A stretch of 64,000 nt of DNA from Bacteroidota bacterium. GTDB lineage: Bacteria > Bacteroidota > Bacteroidia > Bacteroidales > JAAUTT01. Position numbers and translations under genes: made by a program. The first letter of the stretch is position 1. Each line of letters begins with the position of its first letter. The stretch spans positions 4,148 through 68,147 of the forward strand of contig JAIFLU010000074.1 of the NCBI GenBank assembly GCA_020048915.1. The letters run 5' to 3'. Under the pieces are notes generated by a model. It saw only the letters and a list, made by a program, of their open reading frames with translations. It was not told the DNA's origin and ran no database searches. Below, piece after piece: positions 18,688 through 29,234 of the stretch.

Positions 18688-19795
18688 GGATCAGTTTAAA
18701 AATTTCCAGGGCAATTCGTTTGGCCGAACCAAGCTGAGCCATGGTTTTTATATTATCAGAAAGCCTTGCTAATTCATCCGGTTTGCCGATTAAATCAAGC
18801 GCACTCGAAACAAGCGTTTGTTGTGCTTCAGCATCTTTAATAAGGATTGCAGCGTTTTTCGCAACCAGCGCCAATGCGTTTTTAGTTTGATGATCCTCGG
18901 CTACATTCGGCGATGGAACCAGAATACATGCTTTTTGTACCAGACAAAGTTCGGAAATGGTTCCGGCTCCTGCCCGTGAAATAACTAGGTTGGCAGCGGC
19001 ATATGCTAAGTCCATCCGCGAAATAAATGCCATTACCTTTACATTTTTAGCATTCGAAGCATCCACTTTTAGTTTCATTTCGTCGAAATACCGCGGGCCT
19101 GTTTGCCAAATTACCTGAACCGGAGCGTTCTTTAGCTGCTCTAAGCTGCCGGCAATACTGTTATTAACGGAGCGGGCACCCAGACTTCCTCCCAGAATGA
19201 GGATTGTTTTTTTAGTTGGGTCAAGCTCAAAGAAAGCAATCGCCTCCGCTTCTTTCCCTGCAATATCTTCGAGGTCCTGACGGACCGGATTTCCAGTAAG
19301 GATAATTTTTTCTTTGGAAAAAAAGCGATCCATTTCTTCGTAAGCAACACAAATTTTAGAAGCTTTTTTAGCCAATAGCTTATTTGTAACTCCTGCATAT
19401 GAATTTTGCTCCTGAATAACCGTAGGGATTCCTTTTTGAGAAGCGATCTTCAATAATGGGCCACTGGCATATCCTCCCACACCAACGGCAACCTGAGGTT
19501 TAAAGTCCTTAATTATTCCACGGGCTTTTACCAGGCTATACATTAATTTAAGTATTACCAGGATGTTGCCAAGCGAAATTTTACGCTGAAAACCGCTGAT
19601 AGGCAATCCAATAATTTTATATCCTGCCGCAGGTACCTTTTCCATTTCCATGCGTCCCAATGCCCCAACAAAGAGAATCTCAACAGCAGGTTGAAGCTTC
19701 TTTAGCGCATTGGCAATAGAAATTGCCGGGAAGATATGCCCCCCCGTACCACCACCGCTGATGATTATTTTATTATGCTGGCTGTAGTTCTCCAT
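18680..19795 (-). CDS. murG: UDP-GlcNAc:lipid I GlcNAc transferase
   Basis: SGGGTGGHIFPAISIA N-terminal motif, GT28 length, dcw position. Confidence 0.95.
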   Translation of the reverse strand: MENYSQHNKIIISGGGTGGHIFPAISIANALKKLQPAVEILFVGALGRMEMEKVPAAGYKIIGLPISGFQRKISLGNILVILKLMYSLVKARGIIKDFKPQVAVGVGGYASGPLLKIASQKGIPTVIQEQNSYAGVTNKLLAKKASKICVAYEEMDRFFSKEKIILTGNPVRQDLEDIAGKEAEAIAFFELDPTKKTILILGGSLGARSVNNSIAGSLEQLKNAPVQVIWQTGPRYFDEMKLKVDASNAKNVKVMAFISRMDLAYAAANLVISRAGAGTISELCLVQKACILVPSPNVAEDHQTKNALALVAKNAAILIKDAEAQQTLVSSALDLIGKPDELARLSDNIKTMAQLGSAKRIALEIFKLIHE

Positions 19796-20975
19796 TGGGT
19801 TCTGTTTGTGTATCCGTTTCAGTTTCGGGTGCTTTTTCTTTTTTTATCGATTTGCTTACGCTTAAAATTATTCCAAGTGCAAGGCTGGTAAATAATTGCG
19901 ATGAACCTCCCATACTCACTAAGGGTAAGGGCTGGCCTGTAACCGGGAAAATATTTACGGCTACACCCATATTAATCATAGCCTGAAAAACCAGGAGAAG
20001 CGTTAAGCCCATCACAAGAAATGCCGGGAATGTCCGGTCGCTTTTTCGGACAATCACACCAGCTCTAAATAAAATCCACATATAGAGAGACAAAACCACC
20101 AATCCACCTATTGTTCCATATTCCTCTACGATAATGGCAAAAATAAAATCGGAATATGGATGAGGTAAAAAATTTCGTTGGGTGCTGTTTCCGGGGCCTT
20201 TTCCTAAAACACCACCTGTGGCAATAGCTATTTTTGCCTGATCGACCTGGAAATTATTCTCATTCTCTTTCTTACTCGATCCTGTAAAATTCAAAATGCG
20301 GTTTTTCCAGGTTTCAACACGATCTCCTAAGCTGGTATGGGTCATAGGGGCCAACCACATAAAAAGGGAAAGGAAAACGATGCCAACCAACCCCGTAATG
20401 GCAATATGCTTAATAGCAACCCGCCCTATAAACATGAGTATAATACAAACGCCAAACAAGATAACAGATGTTGATAGATTTGCAGGCAGAATAAGAGCGC
20501 AAACAACACCTACGGGAATAATTATAGGTAAAAATGCCTTTCGGAAATCGCTTATTACATCTTGTTTTAATGATAGCATTCGGGCTATATACATCATTAA
20601 TGCCAGCTTTGCCAAGTCGGAGGTTTGAATAGTAAGTCCAATGCCAGGCAATGTCAGCCAACGCGATGCAGCATTGATATTCGAACCAAACACCAGGGTA
20701 ACTCCTAAAAGTGGAATACAAATTATAAGCAGTAACTGCGACAGCCTTGAATAGAATGAGTAGGGGATATGATGTGTCACAAATATGATTACCAGGCCGA
20801 TAAACATATATGTTAGGTGTTTCAGTATATAATAGCTTGTATTTCCATGCTGGTATTTATAGGCAAGGGTTCCGGTTGCGCTATAAACAGCAAGCAAAGA
20901 GATGAGGGAGAGTGCAATTATTACACCCCAAATTACCCCATCGCCCTGGAAATATTTTTTAACAGATTCGTTCAT
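19773..20975 (-). CDS. ftsW: SEDS-family peptidoglycan polymerase FtsW
   Basis: About 10 TM helices and PLPLVSMGGSS near the C-terminus. It lies between murD and murG. Confidence 0.9.
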   Translation of the reverse strand: MNESVKKYFQGDGVIWGVIIALSLISLLAVYSATGTLAYKYQHGNTSYYILKHLTYMFIGLVIIFVTHHIPYSFYSRLSQLLLIICIPLLGVTLVFGSNINAASRWLTLPGIGLTIQTSDLAKLALMMYIARMLSLKQDVISDFRKAFLPIIIPVGVVCALILPANLSTSVILFGVCIILMFIGRVAIKHIAITGLVGIVFLSLFMWLAPMTHTSLGDRVETWKNRILNFTGSSKKENENNFQVDQAKIAIATGGVLGKGPGNSTQRNFLPHPYSDFIFAIIVEEYGTIGGLVVLSLYMWILFRAGVIVRKSDRTFPAFLVMGLTLLLVFQAMINMGVAVNIFPVTGQPLPLVSMGGSSQLFTSLALGIILSVSKSIKKEKAPETETDTQTEPNGELQPA

Positions 20976-21029
20976 TCTTTTCTAGTATGCTTTGTGGATG
21001 TTTTAGCATCCAATATTTATTAATCGTTA

Positions 21030-22373
21030 TTAAAGTTCCCGTACAACATCTTTAAACTGTCGGCCACGGTCTTCGTAATTTTCAAAAAGGTCGAAACTGG
21101 CGCATGCTGGAGAGAGCAGGACCACTTCGCCGTTTTTAGCATGTTTGTATGCTGCTTTAACAGCGTCTTCAATCGAGTGGGTATCTACAATTACCGGCGC
21201 AATTCCTTCAAATGCTTTTATTAATTTTTCGTTGTCCTTCCCCAGACAAATCAAGGCTTTTACCTTTTCTTTCACAAGGTCGTACAATTCGGTATAATCG
21301 TTTCCTTTGTCCAGTCCTCCCGCAATCCAAACAACCTTGGTGGTTTGACATTCAAGGGCATACCAGGTCGAATTTACATTGGTACCCTTTGAATCGTTGA
21401 TATAATCTACCCCATGAATTTTAAGGACATGCTCCAAACGGTGCTCTACTCCCTGAAAATCCGTCATGCTTTCGCGGATTATTTCTTTACGGATTTCCAA
21501 TACTTTTGCTGTAATTCCCGCAGCCATCGAGTTGTAGGTGTTGTGCCTCCCTTTTAGCGACAACTCATCGAGCGACATGGTAAAGTCGTCTTCCTGATAA
21601 TTAATAACCATGTTATTATTATCGACATATGCGCCGGGGCGGTGAATATGTGCCACCGAAAATGGCAGTTTCTGAGCCGTAATTACAATTCGCTCCAACT
21701 CGCGGATCGTGACATCGTCGTCGGAACAAAATATAAAGAATTGTTCTTTCGTCAGGTTTTGTGTGATACGGAATTTTGAGTTAATGTAATTCTGAATATT
21801 ATATTCGTACCTGTCTAAATGATCAGGAGTGATATTTAGCAGGATCGCAATATCGGCACGGAAATCAAACATTCCGTCGAGTTGAAAGCTGCTAAGTTCA
21901 ATTACATAGTAATCGAATTCGTCTTCGGCTACCGACCAGGCAAAGCTTTTACCCACATTACCCGCCAAACCAACGTTTAGTCCTGCTTTTTTCAGCATGT
22001 GGTGAATAAGGGTAGTGGTGGTTGTTTTTCCGTTACTTCCGGTAATACAGATTTTCTTAGCGTCGGTATAACGGCCTGCAAATTCGATTTCTGAAATGAT
22101 AGGAATTTCGCTTTCCCTAATTTTTTTTATAATAGGAGCTTTCTCCGGAATACCGGGGCTTTTTACGACTTCATGGGCATTCAGAATGAGTTCCTCGGTA
22201 TGTTGTCCTTCCTCGTAATGAAGTCCATATTTATCGAGGATGACTTTATATTTTGGTTTTACAATTCCCTGATCGGATATAAAAACATCGAACCCTTTTT
22301 TTTGGGCAAGGATGGCAGCACCTAAACCACTTTCAGCAGCTCCAAGAATCACTATGCGTTTTCGTTCAGTCAT
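21030..22373 (-). CDS. murD: UDP-N-acetylmuramoylalanine--D-glutamate ligase
   Basis: ILGAAESGLGAA Rossmann N-terminus and the ITGSNGKTTTTTL P-loop. The dcw position fits. Confidence 0.95.
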   Translation of the reverse strand: MTERKRIVILGAAESGLGAAILAQKKGFDVFISDQGIVKPKYKVILDKYGLHYEEGQHTEELILNAHEVVKSPGIPEKAPIIKKIRESEIPIISEIEFAGRYTDAKKICITGSNGKTTTTTLIHHMLKKAGLNVGLAGNVGKSFAWSVAEDEFDYYVIELSSFQLDGMFDFRADIAILLNITPDHLDRYEYNIQNYINSKFRITQNLTKEQFFIFCSDDDVTIRELERIVITAQKLPFSVAHIHRPGAYVDNNNMVINYQEDDFTMSLDELSLKGRHNTYNSMAAGITAKVLEIRKEIIRESMTDFQGVEHRLEHVLKIHGVDYINDSKGTNVNSTWYALECQTTKVVWIAGGLDKGNDYTELYDLVKEKVKALICLGKDNEKLIKAFEGIAPVIVDTHSIEDAVKAAYKHAKNGEVVLLSPACASFDLFENYEDRGRQFKDVVREL

Positions 22374-22383
22374 AACGGCGATG

Positions 22384-23634
22384 TTAACGGATTTTTAGAG
22401 TTACGATGGTAAAGATTGCCAGGATAATTCCCACAATCCAAAAGCGTGTTACTATTTTGGCTTCGGGGTACCCTTTCATCTGGAAATGATGATGCAGGGG
22501 CGCCATTCGGAAAATTCGCCGTCCCTCCCCGTATTTTCTTTTTGTATATTTAAAATACCCCACCTGCATCATTACCGAAACATTTTCGATAAGGAAAATG
22601 CCACACAAAACAGGTATTAATAATTCTTTTCGGATAAGAATGGCAAAAACGGAGATAATTCCTCCCAAGGCCAAGCTGCCGGTATCGCCCATAAATACTT
22701 GAGCCGGATACGTATTATACCATAAAAATCCAACGGTAGCCCCAATAAATGCACTGATAAATATTACCAGTTCGCCCGTGTAAGGCAGGTACATGATGTT
22801 TAAGTAATTCGAATAAATAATATTGCCCGAAACATACGCTAAAATTGCCAGCGTTGCACCAATGATAGCTGAAGTTCCCGATGCCAGCCCGTCGAGGCCA
22901 TCGGTTATATTTGCCCCGTTGGATACTGCAGTTATAATTAATATCACAACGATTGTAAAAATTATCCAGGTATATTTTTGTGCTTTATCGCCCATAAACC
23001 AAATGAGGGCGCTGTAATCGAACTCATGGTTTTTGAAAAAAGGGATTGTAGTGGTTGTCGATTTTCGGTCCTGAACAACGTAGCTAGTTGATTCAGGTGT
23101 ATTTTCAGGATTTTCGATGGTTTGGGGAGCCGATTGATTTGTGCCTGAAACAACACGCTCGCGAACTACCATTTGATCGCTAAAGTGGATTGTTAAACCA
23201 ATTATTAGTCCTAACAAAACCTGCCCTGCAATTTTAAATTTACCATGGAGCCCCTTTTTATCTTTTTTGAACACCTTAATATAATCGTCTACAAACCCAA
23301 CTATTCCAAGAGTTACGGTAGTTACAATCATTAAGATAATGTATATATTCAAAATATCGCAGAGTAACAAAGTGGGAACCAGTATGGATATTAAGATAAT
23401 TATTCCTCCCATGGTTGGAGTACCTTTTTTTTGCATCTGACCTTCCAACCCTAAATCGCGAACTGTTTCGCCAATTTGCTTTAACTGGAGATAGTTTATC
23501 AACCGTTTACCAATAACCAGAGCAATAAACAACGATAGTATAATTGCAAATGAAGCCCTGAACGAAATGTAGTGAAACATTCGTGCTCCCGGGAAATTCA
23601 GGGTTTCTAAATATGTGAACAGATAGTACAACAT
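22384..23634 (-). CDS. mraY: Phospho-N-acetylmuramoyl-pentapeptide transferase
   Basis: Polytopic membrane protein with [31 protein letters not shown] and APLHHHF motifs. Confidence 0.96.
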   Translation of the reverse strand: MLYYLFTYLETLNFPGARMFHYISFRASFAIILSLFIALVIGKRLINYLQLKQIGETVRDLGLEGQMQKKGTPTMGGIIILISILVPTLLLCDILNIYIILMIVTTVTLGIVGFVDDYIKVFKKDKKGLHGKFKIAGQVLLGLIIGLTIHFSDQMVVRERVVSGTNQSAPQTIENPENTPESTSYVVQDRKSTTTTIPFFKNHEFDYSALIWFMGDKAQKYTWIIFTIVVILIITAVSNGANITDGLDGLASGTSAIIGATLAILAYVSGNIIYSNYLNIMYLPYTGELVIFISAFIGATVGFLWYNTYPAQVFMGDTGSLALGGIISVFAILIRKELLIPVLCGIFLIENVSVMMQVGYFKYTKRKYGEGRRIFRMAPLHHHFQMKGYPEAKIVTRFWIVGIILAIFTIVTLKIR

Positions 23635-23635
23635 A

Positions 23636-25105
23636 TCAATGGGTGTTATTTAGGGTTTGGAATAATTCGTGAATAATTTCTTTGTCGTCGAAATGATGTT
23701 TAACGCCCTTAATTTCCTGGTAGTTTTCGTGCCCTTTCCCTGCTACCAAAACGATATCCCCCTTTTGGGCAAGCATAATGGCTGTTTTAATAGCCTCCCG
23801 CCGGTCGACAATCGAGAGTACTTGCCGTTGTTCCGCAATATCAAGACCCTGAAGCATATCGGCAATAATTTGCGATGGCTCCTCGCTGCGAGGGTTATCG
23901 GATGTGAAAATTACTTTAGAACTTAGTTTTATTGCTGCTTTCGCCATTATGGGGCGCTTGGTTTTGTCGCGGTCTCCACCAGCTCCAACCACAGTAATAA
24001 CCTGTTCTTTTCCCGAGCGGATCTGATTAATTGTTTTAAGCACATTTTCCAATGCATCCGGGGTATGAGCATAGTCTACAATGGCAGTAATACCATCGGC
24101 CGAGCGGATATATTCAAACCTTCCCGAAACGGAAGTCAGACTGCTTAAAACTTCCAATACCTCTTCGGGGTTTTGGTTCAATAAAACTGCGGTGCCATAA
24201 ACCCCTAATAAGTTGTAAGCATTGAACTCTCCAATAAAATGGGTCCATACTTCTTTGCGATCAATCTGAAGCAACATACCATCGAAAAGACTTTCCAAAA
24301 TTTTTGCATGGAAAGTAGCCATCGATTTTAATGCAAATGTTTTAACTGCAGCACTGGTGTTTTGCACCATTACCTTTCCATTTCTGTCGTCGGCATTTAT
24401 CAGGGCAAAGCTTCCTTTTGGCAAGCCGTCGAAGAACAGTTTTTTTGCTTTGATATATTCGTCAAAGGTTTTGTGAAAATCAAGATGATCGTGGGTTATA
24501 TTGGTAAAAATTCCACCCTCGAATTTTAGTCCTGCAATACGGTGCTGAACTACCGAATGCGAACTTACTTCCATAAAGCAATACTCACAGCCAGCCTCTA
24601 TCATTGCTAACAACAGGGCATTAAGCTGAAGGGCATCGGGAGTGGTATGTGTTGCAGCTACTTCCTTATTATCCACATAATAAACTACTGTAGAAATAAG
24701 ACCTGCTTTATATCCTAGTTTGCGAAACATGTGGTAAAGCAACGTGGCAGTAGTAGTTTTACCATTTGTGCCGGTAACCCCAACAAGTTTTATCTTTTCC
24801 GAAGGACGGTTGTAATAGTTGGAGCAAATTTGTCCCAAAGCTTTGGCGCTGTCGTCTACCAAAATATAAGTAACGTCGGAGGAGATTTCGGAAGGTAATT
24901 CTTCGCAAACAATAACAGAAGCCCCTTTCTCAATTGCCAAGGCAATAAAGGTATGGCCATCGACAACCGTACCCCGGGTTGCAACAAAAGCAGAACCGGC
25001 GGTTACCTTCCGACTGTCGAAGCAAATTCCCGACAATGCTTTCTCAGCACTCCCTAAGAGCTTTGTTACTTTAACATCTGTTAATATGTCGTTTGCAGTT
25101 TTCAA
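23636..25105 (-). CDS. murE: UDP-MurNAc-tripeptide synthetase (meso-DAP/Lys-adding)
   Basis: [15 protein letters not shown]-loop and TSDNPRSE motif. The dcw position fits. Confidence 0.95.
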   Translation of the reverse strand: MKTANDILTDVKVTKLLGSAEKALSGICFDSRKVTAGSAFVATRGTVVDGHTFIALAIEKGASVIVCEELPSEISSDVTYILVDDSAKALGQICSNYYNRPSEKIKLVGVTGTNGKTTTATLLYHMFRKLGYKAGLISTVVYYVDNKEVAATHTTPDALQLNALLLAMIEAGCEYCFMEVSSHSVVQHRIAGLKFEGGIFTNITHDHLDFHKTFDEYIKAKKLFFDGLPKGSFALINADDRNGKVMVQNTSAAVKTFALKSMATFHAKILESLFDGMLLQIDRKEVWTHFIGEFNAYNLLGVYGTAVLLNQNPEEVLEVLSSLTSVSGRFEYIRSADGITAIVDYAHTPDALENVLKTINQIRSGKEQVITVVGAGGDRDKTKRPIMAKAAIKLSSKVIFTSDNPRSEEPSQIIADMLQGLDIAEQRQVLSIVDRREAIKTAIMLAQKGDIVLVAGKGHENYQEIKGVKHHFDDKEIIHELFQTLNNTH

Positions 25106-25207
25106 TTCTATGTTTTTGTATTCAGTTTATAGTTTTTAGTCGATAGTATATAGTCCATAGTCTATGGTAAACAGCCTTATTCTTTTAGCTTTCTGCTTAC
25201 AACTCTC

Positions 25208-27319
25208 TTATCCCATACTCATGCTCAAATAAACAGTATTTCCCTGCCTCACCCGCGTTCCGGGGGCAATGCTTTGGCTTACTACTTTTCCGCGTCCTCT
25301 TACTATCACTCTTAACCCGGCATTTTCAAGCAGGTAAAGGGCATCTTTCAACCCCATATCTACCACGTTAGGTACCAGGTGTTCAATAATTTTTCGGTTA
25401 CTATATTCAATTTTATTATCTTTTCGGTTAGTCATTACCCAATCGGTTTCTGCATTTTTTTCATTTACCGGAATATTGAGTTTATCCATAACAATGTCCA
25501 GTTCTTTGCGTTTCCCGGTTTTAGAATATGGAATATCTACCACAGGGTGCCTTTCGGGTTTTACGATCGCGTGCCAGTTTAAGCTGGATGCATACACCTT
25601 GTCGGCTATTTCTTTAAAAACAGGACCTGCGACCACATTTCCATAATAAACGCTGTTTGAAGGGGCATTTACTACTACAATGCAGGAGTATTTTGGGTCT
25701 TCGGCAGGAAAATATCCTACAAAGGATGCCTGATAGCTCACCTTGTCATATCCTGCTTTTCCACGGGCTATTTGCGCGGTGCCAGTTTTTCCTGCAATCC
25801 GCAGGATGGTATCGCTTAAGTTATGAGCAGTTCCTGAATCTACCACCCCTGCAAGCATTTTACGCAATTTTTTTAAGGTGGAGCCAGAACAAATCGAAGG
25901 GTTTATCACTTCCGTTTCAAAGGTTTTTATTTCATTACCATGCAAGGTAATCGACTTTACAAAGCGGGGTTTCACCATTTCGCCATTGTTGGCAACGGCG
26001 TTATAAAATGTAAGGGTATGAATGGGGGCGAGGCGCACCTCATACCCTATTGACATCATTGGGAGCGACCAGCCCGACCAGAAGCGATCGCCAGGATATT
26101 TAATTTCAGGTTTTCCTTCTCCGCGAATTTCTATTCCAAGCTTCTGGTTTAATTTCATGCGATAAAGCCTGTCGATAAACTGACTTTCGCGTCCGGAATA
26201 ATATTGGATTATTTTTTTCGAAATTCCCACATTGGAGGAATGGGTAAACGCTTCGAGCATGGTAATTTTCCCTAAGCCCTCATCTTCAGTGTCTTTAATA
26301 TTCTTGCCTTTGTAAAGAAAGCTGCCTTTGCCGGTGTCTACCGTATCTTCCAAATTGATGTAGCCATCTTCGAGCAGTGCAATCATGGATGCCAGTTTAA
26401 AAGTCGAACCAGGTTCAGTACTTTCTCCCAACGCATAATTATATCGCTCGAAATAAAGACCACCCGGGTCTTTTTCCAGGCTTGCCATTGCTTTAATTTC
26501 GCCGGTTTCGACTTCCATAAGAATAGCACACCCGTGATGGGCATTATGTTTTGTAAGTTGTTTACGAAGAGCGCTTTCGGCAACATCCTGAATGTTTACA
26601 TCAATGGTAGTGGTAATATCATATCCATCCTCGGGTTCCACTTCGTTGCGGTCGTTTACAGGCATCCATACACCACCTGAAAGGCGCTGCATTAAGCGGA
26701 TACCTTCTTTCCCGGCCAGGTAATCGTCGTATGCCCCTTCGATTCCTACAATATTTCCCACATCGCTTTTACTGGTATTTCCAATAGTTCGGGTAGCTAA
26801 CGAACCATGCGGTTTAAACCGAACGTTGTTTTGAACAGCAATAAGTCCTCCCTTATTTTGCCCCAACCGAAACATCGGAAATGTCCGAAGCTTTTTTAAC
26901 TGGATATAATCGACCTTGCGGCTTAACAAATAGTACCTTTTATTTTCTTTTCGGGCTTTTTTAATTTCGTTTTTATAGGCAGCTTGCGATTTGTCGCCCA
27001 AAAGTCTCGAAAGACAAAGGCTTAATGAATCTATACTTTTGTTAAATACTTCCTGGGTAAGACCTTTAGCCCGGGTGTCGATACGAATTTCGTAAAATGG
27101 AACAGAACTGGCTAGCAAACGACCATCGTACGACAAAATATCCCCGCGGTTTGGACTAATAGTAATGTCTTTTAAACTCAGCTCCTTAGCCAATCCTCTC
27201 CATTTGCCCCCTTGAATAAATTGCACCACAAAGAGCTGAATGATAATAAAAATGGCTAGTATCACCAAGCTAATGTATACAGTTCCTACACGAAGCAATA
27301 TGTCTTTTTTTATAGACAT
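25208..27319 (-). CDS. ftsI: Class B penicillin-binding protein / septal transpeptidase
   Basis: N-terminal TM. Active-site motifs GSTFKLAS (SxxK), HSSNVG (SxN) and GKTGTA (KTG), plus a C-terminal PASTA-like domain. Confidence 0.93.
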   Translation of the reverse strand: MSIKKDILLRVGTVYISLVILAIFIIIQLFVVQFIQGGKWRGLAKELSLKDITISPNRGDILSYDGRLLASSVPFYEIRIDTRAKGLTQEVFNKSIDSLSLCLSRLLGDKSQAAYKNEIKKARKENKRYYLLSRKVDYIQLKKLRTFPMFRLGQNKGGLIAVQNNVRFKPHGSLATRTIGNTSKSDVGNIVGIEGAYDDYLAGKEGIRLMQRLSGGVWMPVNDRNEVEPEDGYDITTTIDVNIQDVAESALRKQLTKHNAHHGCAILMEVETGEIKAMASLEKDPGGLYFERYNYALGESTEPGSTFKLASMIALLEDGYINLEDTVDTGKGSFLYKGKNIKDTEDEGLGKITMLEAFTHSSNVGISKKIIQYYSGRESQFIDRLYRMKLNQKLGIEIRGEGKPEIKYPGDRFWSGWSLPMMSIGYEVRLAPIHTLTFYNAVANNGEMVKPRFVKSITLHGNEIKTFETEVINPSICSGSTLKKLRKMLAGVVDSGTAHNLSDTILRIAGKTGTAQIARGKAGYDKVSYQASFVGYFPAEDPKYSCIVVVNAPSNSVYYGNVVAGPVFKEIADKVYASSLNWHAIVKPERHPVVDIPYSKTGKRKELDIVMDKLNIPVNEKNAETDWVMTNRKDNKIEYSNRKIIEHLVPNVVDMGLKDALYLLENAGLRVIVRGRGKVVSQSIAPGTRVRQGNTVYLSMSMG

Positions 27320-27321
27320 GG

Positions 27322-27693
27322 TTAATTTCTCGATTTTATTTTAGCGGGAGGTTCTGTTGATTCAACCAATCCCAGGTTATTTTCTTTTACCAATCGAACT
27401 ACTTCCGATTGTTTACTCAGTTTCATAAGTTCAGAGGCTGTAGTTATTTCCTCAGCCCGTAAATTTTTTACCTCAGTTTGTATTCGGGTAATATCCCGAA
27501 CTACTTTTTCGGCGTGAAACCGGTTTCCTATATAAATAATTCCTATAAAACTCAGGAAAATGATGAAAGGAAGTTGTTTCACCACATTTTTTCGGGTTAA
27601 AACTGTGCCATCCAGAAATTCGCGAAAAGAAGTGCCTTTCAGCTCTTTGCTTTCAACTTTCTGGTCGACAAATTCTACATTCTCCTGTTTCAT
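27322..27693 (-). CDS. ftsL: FtsL-like small bitopic cell division protein
   Basis: 123 aa with one TM (LPFIIFLSFIGIIYIG) followed by a coiled-coil-like segment. It lies between rsmH and ftsI. Confidence 0.75.
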   Translation of the reverse strand: MKQENVEFVDQKVESKELKGTSFREFLDGTVLTRKNVVKQLPFIIFLSFIGIIYIGNRFHAEKVVRDITRIQTEVKNLRAEEITTASELMKLSKQSEVVRLVKENNLGLVESTEPPAKIKSRN

Positions 27694-27722
27694 TTCTTAA
27701 CTATATATTGATGCAATCAAAT

Positions 27723-28619
27723 TTATATTCGTTCTGCAATTCTAAGTTTAGCACTTCTGGCTCTGCTATTTTCTTCAATTTCCTTTTCCGAAGGAATAAT
27801 AATTTTATTATGAATACTTTTAAAAGGAACTTTTCGGTTTCCAAACAAGTCGCTCTCTGCTGCTCCTTCGAATATTCCGTTTTTGACAAAATTCTTAACA
27901 ATACGGTCCTCCAGGGAGTGGTAGGTTATAACCACCAATCGGCCACCCGGCTTTATTGCGTTTACTGTTTGCATCAGCATTGCTTTCAGACTTTCGAGTT
28001 CACTGTTTACTCTGATACGTAAGGCCTGATATACCTTTGCCAGGTATTTGTTTTCCTGGTTACGGGGGATAGCAGGCTTAATAGCTTCAATAAAAGCATA
28101 GCTGTTATCGAGCTTAACAGTTTGTCGCGCAAGTGCAATTAAATAAACTAGTTTGCCGGCATTTTCCACTTCGCCATATTCGCGGAAAATAATACGAAGT
28201 TCGTTTTCGGTGGCATTCATTAAAATATCGGCGGCAGTCAATGGTGCTTTGGGGTTCATGCGCATATCCAACGGGGCGTTATACTGATAAGTAAAGCCCC
28301 GCGATACCTCATCGAAGTGATGCGACGAAACTCCCAAATCGGCTAATAAACCATCAATCTGAGGTATTTTGTTATATTTTAAAAAATTTCTCAAAAAACG
28401 AAAATTACTATGGCAAAATATAAATCGTTCGTTATCAATAATATTTTTCTCAGCATCTGCATCCTGATCGAAGGCTAAAAGCTTGCCGGTAGTTAAATGC
28501 GATAAAATTTCGCGCGAGTGGCCGCCTCCCCCAAAGGTGACGTCTACGTAAATGCCGTCGGGTTTAATGTTTAGTCCTTCAATACTTTCACGTAGCAATA
28601 CCGGTGTGTGATAGGTCAT
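27723..28619 (-). CDS. rsmH: 16S rRNA (cytosine1402-N4)-methyltransferase
   Basis: YHTPVLL and VDVTFGGGGHS SAM-binding motif, ITYHSLEDRIVK. Overlaps mraZ by 4 nt. Confidence 0.96.
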   Translation of the reverse strand: MTYHTPVLLRESIEGLNIKPDGIYVDVTFGGGGHSREILSHLTTGKLLAFDQDADAEKNIIDNERFIFCHSNFRFLRNFLKYNKIPQIDGLLADLGVSSHHFDEVSRGFTYQYNAPLDMRMNPKAPLTAADILMNATENELRIIFREYGEVENAGKLVYLIALARQTVKLDNSYAFIEAIKPAIPRNQENKYLAKVYQALRIRVNSELESLKAMLMQTVNAIKPGGRLVVITYHSLEDRIVKNFVKNGIFEGAAESDLFGNRKVPFKSIHNKIIIPSEKEIEENSRARSAKLRIAERI

Positions 28620-29089
28620 GGTGCATCAGGGTTTTGAAGGTTTCCGCCAAGAATTTTAGTTGCCAGTTCTCCAAAATCTTCAATTTGGCTTCCTGTTTGT
28701 TCGTAAAGTTCTTTCGACCAAATTTCTATTTGCCCCAATTGCCCAGCCACTATTACATCTTTATCAATATCTGCTAACTTGAGAAGTCGTGCAGGAATTA
28801 ACAGCCGGTTATTTGCATCAAGTTCAATTTCTGCAGTATCTTTGGAGAATTCGCGGATAAACATCCGGTGTTCCTGGTTAAAATATCGGTTGGTGTTTTT
28901 AGCAATAATTTCGATTTGACGATGCCATTCATCCTTTGTATACAGTACCAAACATTTCTCGAAAATGTCTTTTTTTATGACAAATTTATCACGGGCTACT
29001 TCAGGCATTTGTTTTATAAATCCCTGAGGCAACATGATTCGGCCTTTTGGGTCGACCTTGCATGCATAATCCCCTATAAACGATGTCAT
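28616..29089 (-). CDS. mraZ: Transcriptional regulator MraZ
   Basis: Two MraZ/SpoVT-AbrB repeats (VDPKGRIMLP and LDANNRLLIP). First gene of the dcw cluster. Confidence 0.95.
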   Translation of the reverse strand: MTSFIGDYACKVDPKGRIMLPQGFIKQMPEVARDKFVIKKDIFEKCLVLYTKDEWHRQIEIIAKNTNRYFNQEHRMFIREFSKDTAEIELDANNRLLIPARLLKLADIDKDVIVAGQLGQIEIWSKELYEQTGSQIEDFGELATKILGGNLQNPDAP

Positions 29090-29131
29090 TCTTAACTAGT
29101 TAATGTAGCCGTAAAATTATGTAAAAAATTC

Positions 29132-29169
29132 ACCACTTTATACCACTTTTCTCCATTATTTACCACTTT
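29132..29169 (-). promoter_or_regulatory. Candidate MraZ operator: four 10-bp-phased direct repeats AAAGTGGT (minus-strand reading; the third is degenerate)
   Basis: On the plus strand, accacttt occurs at 29132, 29142 and 29162, with a degenerate tccattat at 29152. The array lies 43-80 nt upstream of the mraZ ATG. A TAATTTTA -7-like box sits between it and the start. Confidence 0.65.
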
Positions 29170-29234
29170 GTTGATAACTTTTTGAACTGAATAGTTTATT
29201 TTGTTCTTTTGTTGTAATAAATAATGCCTTACCA

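Noticed and set aside
27701-28022. Short ORFs on both strands at the rsmH/ftsL junction (27701-27901 minus, 27708-28022 plus)
   Set aside because: They overlap the 3-prime half of rsmH in alternative frames or in antisense. rsmH is strongly supported across this region.
13653-29089. Absence of murF and ddl from the dcw cluster considered as a deletion or assembly problem
   Set aside because: murE and mraY are separated by only 1 nt with intact ends. This gene order without murF or ddl is the normal Bacteroidota arrangement.
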